Positions 38,553 through 50,546 of a DNA stretch of 64,000 bases are shown piece by piece (the stretch's first letter is position 1; the number at the start of each line of letters is the position of its first letter). The position numbers were made by a program, and so were the translations under genes. The notes below the pieces were generated by a model. That model searched no databases, was not told the DNA's origin, and saw nothing but the letters and a program-made list of their open reading frames with translations. Origin of the DNA: Planctomycetota bacterium (GTDB lineage: Bacteria; Planctomycetota; UBA1135; UBA2386). The stretch lies in assembly GCA_046290465.1 (NCBI GenBank), contig JBKAGP010000001.1, positions 2,368,001-2,432,000 of the forward strand, written 5' to 3'.

Positions 38553-40136
38553 ATGCTGCAGTCCATCCATCGCCGGAAACCGGCGATCCTCGCTCCGTCC
38601 ACCACCGACCTGCTGACCACCAACGGGACGCCGGAGCCTCTGCGCCTCCGGGCGCGACGACCTGCCGCACCGGTGCTCGCCGCGCTCGGCGTCGCCGCGA
38701 TGCTCGGCGGCTGCGTTCCCCAGCTCGGCTCGCGCGCCCCGCGTCCTGTCGACCTGAGCATGCCCGATGCGTTCGCCGGCACCGCCACCGCGAACGTCGC
38801 GAGCGCAGCGGTCACGAGCGTACGTGACTTCTTCCGCGACGAGCAGTTGGTCGCGTTGATCGAGCAGGCGCTTGCCAACAACCAGGAGCTCGCGATGCTC
38901 GCGGCCGAGGTCGGCATTGCCGATGCAGAGGTCCTCGACAAGCGAGGTGAATCCCTGCCCAAGGTCTCCGCGGGTGTTGGCGTCGGCATCGAGAAGGTCG
39001 GCCGCTACACCAGCCAGGGCGCCAGCGACGAGTCCGACCAGATCAAGCCGGGCACCAGCGTGCCCGAACATCTCGGCGACTTCCGCGCGGGCTTTCGCGC
39101 AACCTGGGAGGTCGACATCTGGCGCAAGCTGCGCAACGCGTCGAAGGCCGCCGGCTACCGCTACCTCGCGAGCATCGAGGGGCGCAACTTCGCGGTCACC
39201 CAGCTCGTCGCCGAGCTGGCGCGCTCCTACTACGAGCTGATGGCGCTCGACAACCAGCTCGAGGTGCTCGGGCAGAACATCGAGATCCAGGAGCAGGCGC
39301 TGCAGATCGTGCGGGTGCAGAAGCAAGCCGCGCAGGTCACCGAACTGGCGGTCCAGCGCTTCGAGGCCGAGGTGCTGCGCAATCGCGGCCGCCTGTTCGA
39401 CATCCAGCAGCGCATCGTCGAGACGGAGAACCGGCTCAACGTGCTGGCCGGTCGCTTCCCGCAACCGATCCAACGCAGCTCCACTGCCTTCCTCCAGATG
39501 ACGGCGCCGATCGCGGCGATCGGTTCGCCGCAGCTCCTGCTCGAACACCGTCCGGATCTGCGCCGCGCCGAACGCGAACTCGAGGCCGCCCGGCTCGACG
39601 TGCAGGTCGCGAAGGCGGGCTTCTACCCGTCGTTCGGCATCGACGCCGAAGCAGGCGTCGATGCCTACCGGATGTCTCGCCTGTCGTTCTGGCCCGAGTC
39701 GCTGGCCTACTCGGCGGTCGGCGGACTGATGACGCCGCTGTGGAACCGCAACTCGCTGACCGCGGCGTGGTTCGCCGCCAACCTGCGGCAGACGCAGGCC
39801 ACGCTGCAAGTGGAGAAGACGATCCGCATGGCCTACGCCGAGGTCTGCAACCAGGTCTCGAGGATCGAGAAACTCGGCGGCAAGCTCGCAACCGCCAACC
39901 GCCAGGTCGAGATCCTGCGCGCCGCGATCGCCGTGTCGAACCAGCTCTTCGGCTCGGCGCGCGCCGACTACATGGAGGTGCTGCTGACCCGGCGCGACGC
40001 GCTCGAGTCGCAGATGGAGTTGATCGAGACCAAGACGCGGCAGCTGCGCGCAACGGTCGAACTCTACCAGGCACTCGGCGGCGGCTGGCGCGATGCGACC
40101 GACGCCACCGCCGCCATCGACGGGGAGGACGCGTAG
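38553..40136 (+). CDS. TolC/NodT-family outer membrane efflux lipoprotein (start may be downstream)
   Basis: Lipobox MLGGC; D.QL..LIEQAL.NN.EL, WEVDIW.KLR, LL..RPD.R.AE..L.AA, LYQALGGGW. Confidence 0.92.
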   Translation: MLQSIHRRKPAILAPSTTDLLTTNGTPEPLRLRARRPAAPVLAALGVAAMLGGCVPQLGSRAPRPVDLSMPDAFAGTATANVASAAVTSVRDFFRDEQLVALIEQALANNQELAMLAAEVGIADAEVLDKRGESLPKVSAGVGVGIEKVGRYTSQGASDESDQIKPGTSVPEHLGDFRAGFRATWEVDIWRKLRNASKAAGYRYLASIEGRNFAVTQLVAELARSYYELMALDNQLEVLGQNIEIQEQALQIVRVQKQAAQVTELAVQRFEAEVLRNRGRLFDIQQRIVETENRLNVLAGRFPQPIQRSSTAFLQMTAPIAAIGSPQLLLEHRPDLRRAERELEAARLDVQVAKAGFYPSFGIDAEAGVDAYRMSRLSFWPESLAYSAVGGLMTPLWNRNSLTAAWFAANLRQTQATLQVEKTIRMAYAEVCNQVSRIEKLGGKLATANRQVEILRAAIAVSNQLFGSARADYMEVLLTRRDALESQMELIETKTRQLRATVELYQALGGGWRDATDATAAIDGEDA

Positions 40137-40295
40137 GCCATGCACGCCCCGCGACGCCCCCACTCCGTCCGCACCGCGAACCGCACCGACGCGGTTTCGG
40201 ACTCCTGCAACTTGCCGCCGCTCCACCCCTACCGCCCGTTCCGCCGGTTCTCCGGCGTGCGCCTTTCCCTTCCGTCCGCAACCAAGGACCTCACG

Positions 40296-41429
40296 ATGCT
40301 GCGAACTTCCCTCCTGACCTCGCTCTGCCTGCTGTCGGCAGCATGCAAGAAGTCCCACACCGACCACGAGCAGCACGGCGCGCACGGCCACGGGGCAGCG
40401 CACACGATCGTCGCGACCAGCCCACTCCGGCAGGACGTTCACGTGACGTGCAAGTACGTGTCGCAGATCCACTCGCGCCGCCACATCGAACTGCGCGCGC
40501 TCGAGCGCGGCTACCTCGAGCAGGTGCTGGTCGACGAAGGCCAGCGGGTCGAGCGCGGGCAACTGCTCTTCAAGCTGCTGCCGGTGCTCTACAAGGCGAA
40601 GCTGCATGGCGACCAGGCCGAGCTGTTGAGCGCCGAGATCAAGCTGCGCAACACCGAGCAGCTGTTCCGTGAGCACGTCGTCTCCGACCAGGAGGTCGCG
40701 CTGGCGCGCGCCGAGGTCGAGAAGGCCAAGGCCAAGGTCGAACTCGCGCAGGCGGAGCTCTCGTTCACCGAGATCCGGGCGCCGTTCGCCGGCATCGTCG
40801 ACCGCCAGTTCGAGCAGCAGGGCAGCCTGTGCGAAGAAGGCGACATGCTCACGACCGTCTCCGACAACACGGTCATGTGGGTCTACTTCAACGTGCCGGA
40901 GGCCGACTACCTCGACTTCCACGAACGGCAGGACGAGCAGCAAGCCGCGGCAAGCCAGCAGCTGCGACTGCCCGACGCGAGACTGCAGCTGAAGCTCGCC
41001 AACGGCAGGATCTTCGATCAGGTCGCCGACGAGACCGTGACGGTCGAATCGACGTTCCACCACGAGACCGGCAACATTCTGTTCCGCGCCGACTTCCCCA
41101 ACCCACGCGGCCTGCTCCGCCACGGCCAGACCGGCACGCTGCTGCTGCAGCAGACCCTCGCCAGCGCAACGGTGATCCCGCAGCGCGCGACGTTCGAGGT
41201 CCTCGACAAGCTCTACGTGTTCGTCATCGACGACCAAGGGTTGGCGCACCAGCGCCGGATCACGGTCGCACACGAACAGGACGACGTGTTCGTCGTCGAG
41301 GACGGCCTCGCGTGCGACGAGAAGATCGTGCTCGACGGCGTGCGCCAGGTGCGTGACGGCGAGCCGATCGCGTTCGAGTTCCGCGATCCCAAGGAGGTCC
41401 TGAAGAACCTCAAGCACCGCGCCGAGTAG
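40296..41429 (+). CDS. RND efflux periplasmic adaptor (MFP) lipoprotein with His-rich N-terminus
   Basis: AAGGA SD, lipobox SAAC, GYL..V.VDEGQ.V..GQLLF, IRAPFAG.V, ETG.I.FRA.FPNP..LLR.G. Confidence 0.92.
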   Translation: MLRTSLLTSLCLLSAACKKSHTDHEQHGAHGHGAAHTIVATSPLRQDVHVTCKYVSQIHSRRHIELRALERGYLEQVLVDEGQRVERGQLLFKLLPVLYKAKLHGDQAELLSAEIKLRNTEQLFREHVVSDQEVALARAEVEKAKAKVELAQAELSFTEIRAPFAGIVDRQFEQQGSLCEEGDMLTTVSDNTVMWVYFNVPEADYLDFHERQDEQQAAASQQLRLPDARLQLKLANGRIFDQVADETVTVESTFHHETGNILFRADFPNPRGLLRHGQTGTLLLQQTLASATVIPQRATFEVLDKLYVFVIDDQGLAHQRRITVAHEQDDVFVVEDGLACDEKIVLDGVRQVRDGEPIAFEFRDPKEVLKNLKHRAE

Positions 41430-41474
41430 CGCTCCCGTTTCGTTGCGAAGGCTGATTCGTCCCGAGGGGCAACC

Positions 41475-44400
41475 ATGATCACCAAGATTCTCAAGCGACC
41501 CGCGCTCGCGCTCGTCACCGCGATCCTCATCCTGTTCCTCGGCGGCCTCGGCATCGCAACCCTCCCGGTGGCGCAGTTCCCCGACGTCGCGCCGCCGACC
41601 GTCTACGTCTCGATCGCCTATCCGGGGGCCAGCGCCAACGTGCTGATCGACTCGGTGATCATCCCGTTGGAGCAGTCGATCAACGGCGTGCAGAACATGC
41701 GCTACATGGTCTCCGACGCCACCAGCGCCGGCGAGGCGACCATCCGTGTGTTCTTCGAGCCCGGCACGGACCCCAACATCAACGTGGTCAACGTGCAGAA
41801 CCGGGTCAACATCATGTTGAGCCGATTGCCGCCGCTGGTCGTGCGCGAAGGCATCCTCGTCAGCCAGGTCGTGCCGAGCATGTTGATGTACCTCAACCTG
41901 TACAGCACCGACCCCGACACCGACCAGAAGGACCTCTTCAACTACTCGAACGTCTACGTCATGCCCGTGCTCAAGCGCATCCAGGGCATGGGCATCCCGA
42001 CCAACCTCGGCAACCGCAACTTCGCCATGCGCATCTGGCTCAACCCGGAGCGCATGCGGGCGTACAACGTCTCCGTCGAGGACGTGATGGAGGCGCTCGC
42101 CGAGCAGAGCATCATCGGTTCTCCGGGCCGCCTCGGGCAGGCGACCGGCATGACGTCGCAGTCGAAGGAGTACGTGCTGACCTACGTCGGCCGCTACAAC
42201 AAGCCAGAGCAGTACGAGAACATCGTGCTGCGGGCGAACGCCGACGGCGAGATCCTGCGGCTCAAGGACGTCTGCGTGCCACCCCTCGGCGACGGCGCAG
42301 GACCGCGCTCGGGCGTCGAGCTGGGCTCGGAGTTCTTCGACATCTACTCCGACGTCGACGGCTATCCGGCGGCATCGGTGGTGCTCAAGCAGGCGCCCGG
42401 ATCGAACGCCGCGGAGGTCATCGCGGAGGTCAAGCGCACGCTCGAGGAACTGCGGCCGTCGTTCCCGCCCGGGATGGACTACGAGATCGCCTACGACGTC
42501 TCCAAGTTCGTCGGCGCGTCGATCGACAAGGTCCTGCACACGCTGCTCGAGGCGTTCATCCTGGTGTCCTTGGTCGTGTTCCTGTTCCTCGGCGACCTGC
42601 GCTCGACGTTGATCCCGACGCTGGCGGTACCGGTGTCGTTGATCGGCACGTTTTTCGTGCTCAACCTGCTCGGCTTCTCGATCAACCTGATCACGCTGTT
42701 TGCGATGGTGCTCGCGATCGGCGTGGTCGTGGACGACGCGATCGTCGTCGTCGAAGCGGTGCACGCCAAGATGGCCGAGAAGTTCCTGTCGCCGTATCGC
42801 GCGACCATGGAGGTGCTGCACGAGATCAGCGGCGCAATCATCGCGATCACGCTGGTGATGACCTCGGTGTTCGTCCCGGTGACGTTCGTGCCTGGCCCGG
42901 TCGGAGTGTTCTACCGCCAGTTCGGGGTCACGATGGCCACCGCGATCATCCTGTCCGGCGTGGTCGCGCTGACGCTGACTCCGGTTCTGTGCGCAATGAT
43001 CCTGCGCCCACACCAGCACGGCGCAACTGCCAGCGGCCCGCCCCGGACCCGCACGGGCCGCCTACGGAAGCTGCTGCTGTTGCTGCTCGGCCTGCCGACG
43101 CTCGGCGGACTCACCTGGCTCGCGTACGAACTCTGGGGCCCACTGGGCCTGCTGCTGGCCGTCGCGCCGTTCGTGCAGCCCGCCTTCAGTCGCTTCGTCG
43201 ATGCGGTCACCAACGTCTACGCCGGCATGCTGCGACCGATCGTCATGCGACGGGTGCTGACGCTCGCGGTGATCGCCGCGTTCGTGTTCGGCATCGTCGG
43301 CGTCAACACGCAGATGGCCAGCGGGTTCATCCCGGGCGAGGACCAGGGGATCATCTACGCGGTGCTGCAGACGCCGCCGGGCTCGACGCTCGAATACACC
43401 AACGCCAAGTCGCAGGAGCTGCAGAAGATCGCCCGCCAGATCCACGGCGTGTCGTCGGTCACCTCGGTCGCCGGCTACGAAGTGCTGACCGAGGGCCGCG
43501 GATCGAACGCGGGCACCGCGATCATCAACCTGGAGCCGTGGTCGGAACGGGAGCGCACCGCGGCCGAGATCATCGAGGAGCTGGAGCTGCAGACGCAGCG
43601 CATCAGCGACGTCAAGCTCGAGTTCTTCGAGCCGCCGGCGATCCCAGGCTTCGGCGCAGCCGGCGGCTTCTCGGTGCGCGTGCTCGACAAGACCCAGTCG
43701 AGCGTCGCGGACTACCGTCGTCTTGGCGAGGTCACCGACACGTTCCTGGCGGCGCTCGGCGAACGCGACGAGGTGCAGAACCTGTTCACGTTCTACGCCT
43801 CCGACTACCCGCAGTACGAACTGGTCGTCGACACCGACCTGGCGATGCAGAAGGGCGTGTCGGTCAGCAAAGCGCTCGAGAACCTCAACATCCTGATCGG
43901 CAGCACCTACGAGCAGGGCTTCATCCTGTTCAACCAGTTCTACAAGGTGTACGTGCAGTCGTGGCCCGAGTTCCGCCGCATGCCACAGGACCTGGACGCG
44001 CTGTTCGTCAAGAACGAGCACGGCGAGATGGTCCCGTACAGCGCCTTCATGCACATCGTCAAGCAGCAGGGGCTCAACGAGATCACGCGCTACAACCTGT
44101 ACCCATCGGCCGCGATCCAGGGCGTGCCGGCGCCCGGCTTCTCGAGTGGCGAGGCGATCCGCGCGATCCAGGAGGTCGCGGCGGCGACGCTACCGCGCGG
44201 CTACGACCTCGGCTGGGAAGGCCTGTCGTGGGACGAGTCGAAGCAGGGCAACGCATCGCTCTACATCTTCTTCGTCGTCGTGGCCTTCGTGTATCTGGTG
44301 CTGGTCGGCCAGTACGAGAGCTTCTTGATCCCGCTGGCCGTGATCCTGTCGCTGCCGATCGGCGTGTTCGGTGCGTTCCTGTTCCTGCAGTCGGTCGGGC

Positions 44401-44849
44401 TCGCCAACGACGTCTGGGCGCAGCTCGGGCTGATCATGCTGGTCGGGCTGCTCGGCAAGAACGCGATCCTGATCGTGGAGTTCGCGGTGCAGCGGCGCCG
44501 CGACGGGCTGTCGCTGCAGGAGGCCGCCGTCGAAGGGGGCAGAACCCGCTTCCGGCCGATCCAGATGACCTCGTTCGCGTTCGTCGCGGGCCTGGTCCCT
44601 CTGGTCGTCGCCACCGGCGCGGGCGCGATCGGCAACCGCACGATCGGCACCGCCGGCGTCGGCGGCATGCTGTTCGGAACGGTGATCGGCGTGCTGGTGA
44701 TCCCGGGGCTCTACTACCTGTTCGCCAGGATCGCGGACGGCAGGAAGCTGCTGCGCGACGAGACCGATCTGCCGCTGTCGGAGGAGTTCGAGCCGGCGAC
44801 GCCGAAAGCCCCGCCGCCGCTGCCGAACGACGACCCGCCGGCGCGGTGA
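41475..44849 (+). CDS. RND efflux permease, HAE1 (AcrB-like)
   Basis: LPVAQFPDVAPPTV.V...YPGA.A, VLAIGVVVDDAIVVVE, GLLGKNAILIVEFA, RFRPIQMTSFAF. Confidence 0.95.
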   Translation: MITKILKRPALALVTAILILFLGGLGIATLPVAQFPDVAPPTVYVSIAYPGASANVLIDSVIIPLEQSINGVQNMRYMVSDATSAGEATIRVFFEPGTDPNINVVNVQNRVNIMLSRLPPLVVREGILVSQVVPSMLMYLNLYSTDPDTDQKDLFNYSNVYVMPVLKRIQGMGIPTNLGNRNFAMRIWLNPERMRAYNVSVEDVMEALAEQSIIGSPGRLGQATGMTSQSKEYVLTYVGRYNKPEQYENIVLRANADGEILRLKDVCVPPLGDGAGPRSGVELGSEFFDIYSDVDGYPAASVVLKQAPGSNAAEVIAEVKRTLEELRPSFPPGMDYEIAYDVSKFVGASIDKVLHTLLEAFILVSLVVFLFLGDLRSTLIPTLAVPVSLIGTFFVLNLLGFSINLITLFAMVLAIGVVVDDAIVVVEAVHAKMAEKFLSPYRATMEVLHEISGAIIAITLVMTSVFVPVTFVPGPVGVFYRQFGVTMATAIILSGVVALTLTPVLCAMILRPHQHGATASGPPRTRTGRLRKLLLLLLGLPTLGGLTWLAYELWGPLGLLLAVAPFVQPAFSRFVDAVTNVYAGMLRPIVMRRVLTLAVIAAFVFGIVGVNTQMASGFIPGEDQGIIYAVLQTPPGSTLEYTNAKSQELQKIARQIHGVSSVTSVAGYEVLTEGRGSNAGTAIINLEPWSERERTAAEIIEELELQTQRISDVKLEFFEPPAIPGFGAAGGFSVRVLDKTQSSVADYRRLGEVTDTFLAALGERDEVQNLFTFYASDYPQYELVVDTDLAMQKGVSVSKALENLNILIGSTYEQGFILFNQFYKVYVQSWPEFRRMPQDLDALFVKNEHGEMVPYSAFMHIVKQQGLNEITRYNLYPSAAIQGVPAPGFSSGEAIRAIQEVAAATLPRGYDLGWEGLSWDESKQGNASLYIFFVVVAFVYLVLVGQYESFLIPLAVILSLPIGVFGAFLFLQSVGLANDVWAQLGLIMLVGLLGKNAILIVEFAVQRRRDGLSLQEAAVEGGRTRFRPIQMTSFAFVAGLVPLVVATGAGAIGNRTIGTAGVGGMLFGTVIGVLVIPGLYYLFARIADGRKLLRDETDLPLSEEFEPATPKAPPPLPNDDPPAR

Positions 44850-44871
44850 CGGCCGGACGCCTGATCGGGAC

Positions 44872-46806
<1,935 letters not shown>

Positions 46807-46901
46807 CGTATGCCCCAGTTTCTGCTAGGCTTGTCTCGTCGTCCAGCACCACCTGGGCCTTCGCCCCCACGGACGACGGGCACCTGCCGTCTCTCGCCCC
46901 A

Positions 46902-49532
46902 ATGCCGGTTTCCCCTGCCGCAGCCTCGGCCGACCGGGCCTGTCTGCACTGTTCGCCGCAACGAACGGTGTGGCATACGCACGCGCTCGACGCGGACGCG
47001 GGCGAGGTCCGCAAGGTCTACGTCGCCGGCGCCATGGCCGACGCCGAGCACGAACACGCGATGGGCATCGCGGCGTCGGGCCCGGGCGTGGTGCGCTACC
47101 TCGGCACCTGCACCGACGAGGCCAGCAGCCGCCCGGCGGTGCGGCTGCAGTTTGCCGACGGCGACAACCTCGAGGCGCTCGTGCTGCATGCCGGCGCGCT
47201 GCCGGCCGAACGCGCGCTGGCCCTGGTCAGCAGGGTCGCGACGACCCTGGCGCGGCTGCACGCGATCGAGACCGCGGCCACGCCGCGCGGCATCTGCCAC
47301 GGCGACGTCAAACCACAGAACCTGCTGGCGACCAGCGACGGCGACGTGCTGCTGCTCGACTTCGAGCACGCGCGTCCGATCGGCACCACCCGCAGCGAAC
47401 GCGCGTTCACCGGCGGCACCACCGCCTGGTCCCCGCCCGAGGCGCACGGCGGCGCGCAGCCGGATGCGGCGTTCGACGTGTTCGGGCTCGGGGCGACGCT
47501 CGCGTTCCTGCTCGACGGCGGCACCTCCCGGCGGGTGCCGCGGCACGCGGAGGTCGACGCGCTGGTGCTGGCCTGCTGCGACGCCGATCCGTCGTGCCGC
47601 CCCACGGCCACCGAGGTCGCCGCGCGCTGCGAACGGCTGCTGGCGGTCGTGCGCGACGACGAGGCCGAGCGCCACCTCGCCGACTGGACCACCGGCGCGT
47701 GCGCGGTCGAACCGACCTGCGACGACGACCCGCGCAGCGCGATGTGGTCGCGCCGCCGACGCCTGCTGCAGCGACTGCCGAACCTGCTGCGCCGGCCGCA
47801 GTCGAAGCTCCCGGGCACGGTGCCGACGGACCCGGTGCCGACGGACCCGGTGCGCCTGCAAGCCGAGCTCGAACTGACCGCGCGCGTGCTGCGGCGCTTC
47901 CCGCGCAGCGAGGCGGCGCTGGCCCGACGCCGTGAGCTGCTGGCGGCGATCGCCGAACTGCTGGCCGGCGCGGCCGAGACCGTGCACGCGCTGCACAAGG
48001 CCGAGCGCTTCGACGATGCGCTGCACTGGCTGCGCACGACCGAGCTGCTGGTGTCGACCGCGACCGCGATGCCGGCGGGCCTCGCCAGCATCGTGCCGGT
48101 CGCCGGCGGCGCGTCGCCGGGGCCGCTGCAGCGCGCGCCGTTCGAGTTCTTGCAGCTGCTGGTCGACAAGACCGATGCCGCGCGCGACGAACTGCGCGAC
48201 CGCACCGCCGAGGTTTCGGAAGCCGAGCGCGCGCTCGACCTGGCGCTCGCCGAGCAGCGCATCGACGCGATGGCCAACGACTACGGCGGCACGTCGCCGA
48301 CGGTCGCCGAGCGGCGCGACCAGCTGCACCGACTCGGCTTCTACCTCGATCGGATTGCGCGCGCCGCGACCAACGTCGAGCGCGTCGGCCCGCTGTGGGA
48401 CCCGGTCGCGCTGCAGCCGCTGCAGGCGCTGGTCGCCGCGGCCGGACGTTCACTGGAGGCGCGCGCGCAGCGCGACACCGGCAGCGGCGCGGTCGGCCTG
48501 CGCAGCCTGCAGTTGACGCTTGCCAACGTCGTCGAGGAGTTTCCGCACCTCGATCAGGTCGGTCCGGCCCTCGACGCGCTGGCGCAGGCGCTGATGCACC
48601 TGACCGACCAGGCCTGGCAGCAGCTGGCCGACGCCGAGCAGCGCCTGACCGTGGTGCCGGTGCCGGTGCGGCCGCTGCAGCTGGCGCTCGGACGGCTCGA
48701 CACGTTCCGCATGCTGGAGGCGTTCGTCGACCGCGACGGCCGCCCTCGCAGCGAACTGCTCGACGGCCTCGAGCGGCTGCGCCTCGGCCTCGAGCAGGCG
48801 CGCTCGGCGCGCGACCAGCTGGCGGAGAACGCCGAGCACGCGCTGGCGCGCGGCCACTGGACCACCGGGCTGTTCGAGATGGAGCGCGCGGTCGCCGGCC
48901 TCAACCCGATCGACGACAGCGAACGCGTCGAGGCCGAGCGGCTGCAGGAACGGCTGCAGGCGGCGCGCCGCACCAAGCAGGAGCTCGAGACGGCCGTTCG
49001 CCGCAACGTCGAGCTCAACGCCAGCTACGCCGCGCTCGAGGACGACGCGACCAGCACCGCCGCCGCGCGCCTGCAGGTGCTGCAGGATCGGCGCGACTGC
49101 CTGCTGTTCCTCGGCATGCACATGCAGAGCGAACGCGCCGAGCTGTACCGCAAGGACCTGCGTCAGGTCGAGGCCCAGATCGCGCTCGAGCGCGCCGGCG
49201 ACGCCGAGCGGCGCCTCAACGCGCTGACCGATCCGGTGCAGCGCTTGCGGCTGGCGCGCGACACCCTCGAGAGCCTCGGCGTCGACAGCTCGGGCGACGG
49301 TTCGTCGGAGCAGTCCGGTCGCGTGCTGCGCCTGCAGGAGCACTGGCGCACCGTCGCCGGCCAGTGCCAGCGCGCCGTCACCGCGATGCACGAGCAGCAA
49401 CAGCAGAAGCGACGCGAGAAGCGCCGCATGGTCCTGGTCACGATCCTGCTCGTGCTCGCCACCACCACCGCCGTCGGCTTCGCCCTCAAGCCCCTCCTCT
49501 TCGGCCAACCCGCCCTGGCCAACCAGAAGTAG
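46902..49532 (+). CDS. Atypical Ser/Thr kinase-domain protein with long helical/coiled-coil region and C-terminal TM anchor
   Basis: CHGDVKPQNLL, LLDFE, GGT.AWSPPE, DVFGLG, RP.A; about 550 aa helical stalk; KRREKRR + TM at the C-terminus. Confidence 0.8.
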   Translation: MPVSPAAASADRACLHCSPQRTVWHTHALDADAGEVRKVYVAGAMADAEHEHAMGIAASGPGVVRYLGTCTDEASSRPAVRLQFADGDNLEALVLHAGALPAERALALVSRVATTLARLHAIETAATPRGICHGDVKPQNLLATSDGDVLLLDFEHARPIGTTRSERAFTGGTTAWSPPEAHGGAQPDAAFDVFGLGATLAFLLDGGTSRRVPRHAEVDALVLACCDADPSCRPTATEVAARCERLLAVVRDDEAERHLADWTTGACAVEPTCDDDPRSAMWSRRRRLLQRLPNLLRRPQSKLPGTVPTDPVPTDPVRLQAELELTARVLRRFPRSEAALARRRELLAAIAELLAGAAETVHALHKAERFDDALHWLRTTELLVSTATAMPAGLASIVPVAGGASPGPLQRAPFEFLQLLVDKTDAARDELRDRTAEVSEAERALDLALAEQRIDAMANDYGGTSPTVAERRDQLHRLGFYLDRIARAATNVERVGPLWDPVALQPLQALVAAAGRSLEARAQRDTGSGAVGLRSLQLTLANVVEEFPHLDQVGPALDALAQALMHLTDQAWQQLADAEQRLTVVPVPVRPLQLALGRLDTFRMLEAFVDRDGRPRSELLDGLERLRLGLEQARSARDQLAENAEHALARGHWTTGLFEMERAVAGLNPIDDSERVEAERLQERLQAARRTKQELETAVRRNVELNASYAALEDDATSTAAARLQVLQDRRDCLLFLGMHMQSERAELYRKDLRQVEAQIALERAGDAERRLNALTDPVQRLRLARDTLESLGVDSSGDGSSEQSGRVLRLQEHWRTVAGQCQRAVTAMHEQQQQKRREKRRMVLVTILLVLATTTAVGFALKPLLFGQPALANQK
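47818..47853 (+). repeat. Exact 15-bp in-frame tandem duplication (VPTDP VPTDP)
   Basis: cggtgccgacggacc cggtgccgacggacc cggtgc. Confidence 0.85.
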
Positions 49533-49540
49533 CGGTCCAC

Positions 49541-49604
49541 AAGATTGGTTCCGAGGCAGGACCTCACGGACCGATCGGTGAGGCCTTGTCCCGGAACCGT
49601 TCTT
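49541..49604. repeat. Imperfect 27-bp inverted repeat (family B) between convergent genes; probable terminator
   Basis: aagattggttccgaggcaggacctcac ... gtgaggccttgtcccggaaccgttctt, 21/27 complementary. Confidence 0.75.
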
Positions 49605-50529
49605 ACCGACCGAGGGCGTGGTCGTCGCCGCGCACGGGGTCGGGGGAGAGCGCGCGCAGGTCGAAGCCGGCGAGCAGGTCGCGCGGGGTGCACCCGGCGC
49701 GCTTGCTGCGCAGGCCGCAGAGCACGGCGAGGTAGCCGCACAGGTCCTCCGACGTCACGCCTTGCTGGCGGAAGGACCGCAGCGAAGTGTCGCCGTGGCG
49801 CTTGGCCAGCCGCAGGCCGTCCTGGCCGACGACCAGCGGCACGTGCACGAAGCCCGGCTCCACCAGCCCGAGCGCCCGATACAGCAGCAGCTGCCGCGGC
49901 GTGCTCGGCAGCAGGTCGTCGGCGCGCAGCACCTCGGTGACCTCCTGCGCGGCATCGTCGACGACCACGGCCAGCTGGTAGGCCGGATCGCCGTCGCGCT
50001 TCTGGATCACGAAGTCGCCGCGGATCGCACCGCGCTGCTCGCCGCGAAAGCCGTCGACGAACGGCACCTCGTCGACGTCGACCCGGAACCGCAGCGCCGC
50101 CTGCCGGCCGGTTTGCGCGGTCGCCTCGCTGAGCGACGCGAACCGCCCCCGGCAGGTGCCGGGGTAGATCGGCCCGTCGGCCGGATCGCCCTCGTGCGGC
50201 GCCGACGCCGCCTCGTCGACCTCCTTGCGGGTGCACACGCACGGATACGCGACCCCGGCATCGACCAGCCGCTGCGCCGCCGCGCGATAGAGCATGCGCC
50301 GCGAACTCTGCACGAACACCTCGCCGTCCCAGTCGAGTCCGAGCCACCGCAGGTCCTCGATGGTCTGCTCGGCGGCCCCCGCTTTGACCCGCGGACCGTC
50401 GATGTCCTCGATGCGAAGCAGTAGGGTTCCTCCGCGCGCGCGAGCCGACAGCCAGGCCAACAAGAACGTGCGCGCATTGCCGAGGTGCAGGACCCCCGTG
50501 GGGCTCGGCGCCAACCGTCCCACCGCCAT
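49603..50529 (-). CDS. gluQ: Glutamyl-queuosine tRNA(Asp) synthetase
   Basis: GRLAPSPTG.LHLGN, RIEDID, YPC.CTR, GDFV....DG..AYQLAVVVDD, DLL.ST.RQ, RLAKR; no anticodon-binding domain. Confidence 0.92.
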   Translation of the reverse strand: MAVGRLAPSPTGVLHLGNARTFLLAWLSARARGGTLLLRIEDIDGPRVKAGAAEQTIEDLRWLGLDWDGEVFVQSSRRMLYRAAAQRLVDAGVAYPCVCTRKEVDEAASAPHEGDPADGPIYPGTCRGRFASLSEATAQTGRQAALRFRVDVDEVPFVDGFRGEQRGAIRGDFVIQKRDGDPAYQLAVVVDDAAQEVTEVLRADDLLPSTPRQLLLYRALGLVEPGFVHVPLVVGQDGLRLAKRHGDTSLRSFRQQGVTSEDLCGYLAVLCGLRSKRAGCTPRDLLAGFDLRALSPDPVRGDDHALGR

Positions 50530-50546
50530 CGATCCCGACGTTCCGG

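Noticed and set aside
37700..44870. Efflux cluster as a horizontally acquired island
   Set aside because: Only a slight apparent GC drop; no integrase, transposase, tRNA or flanking direct repeats.
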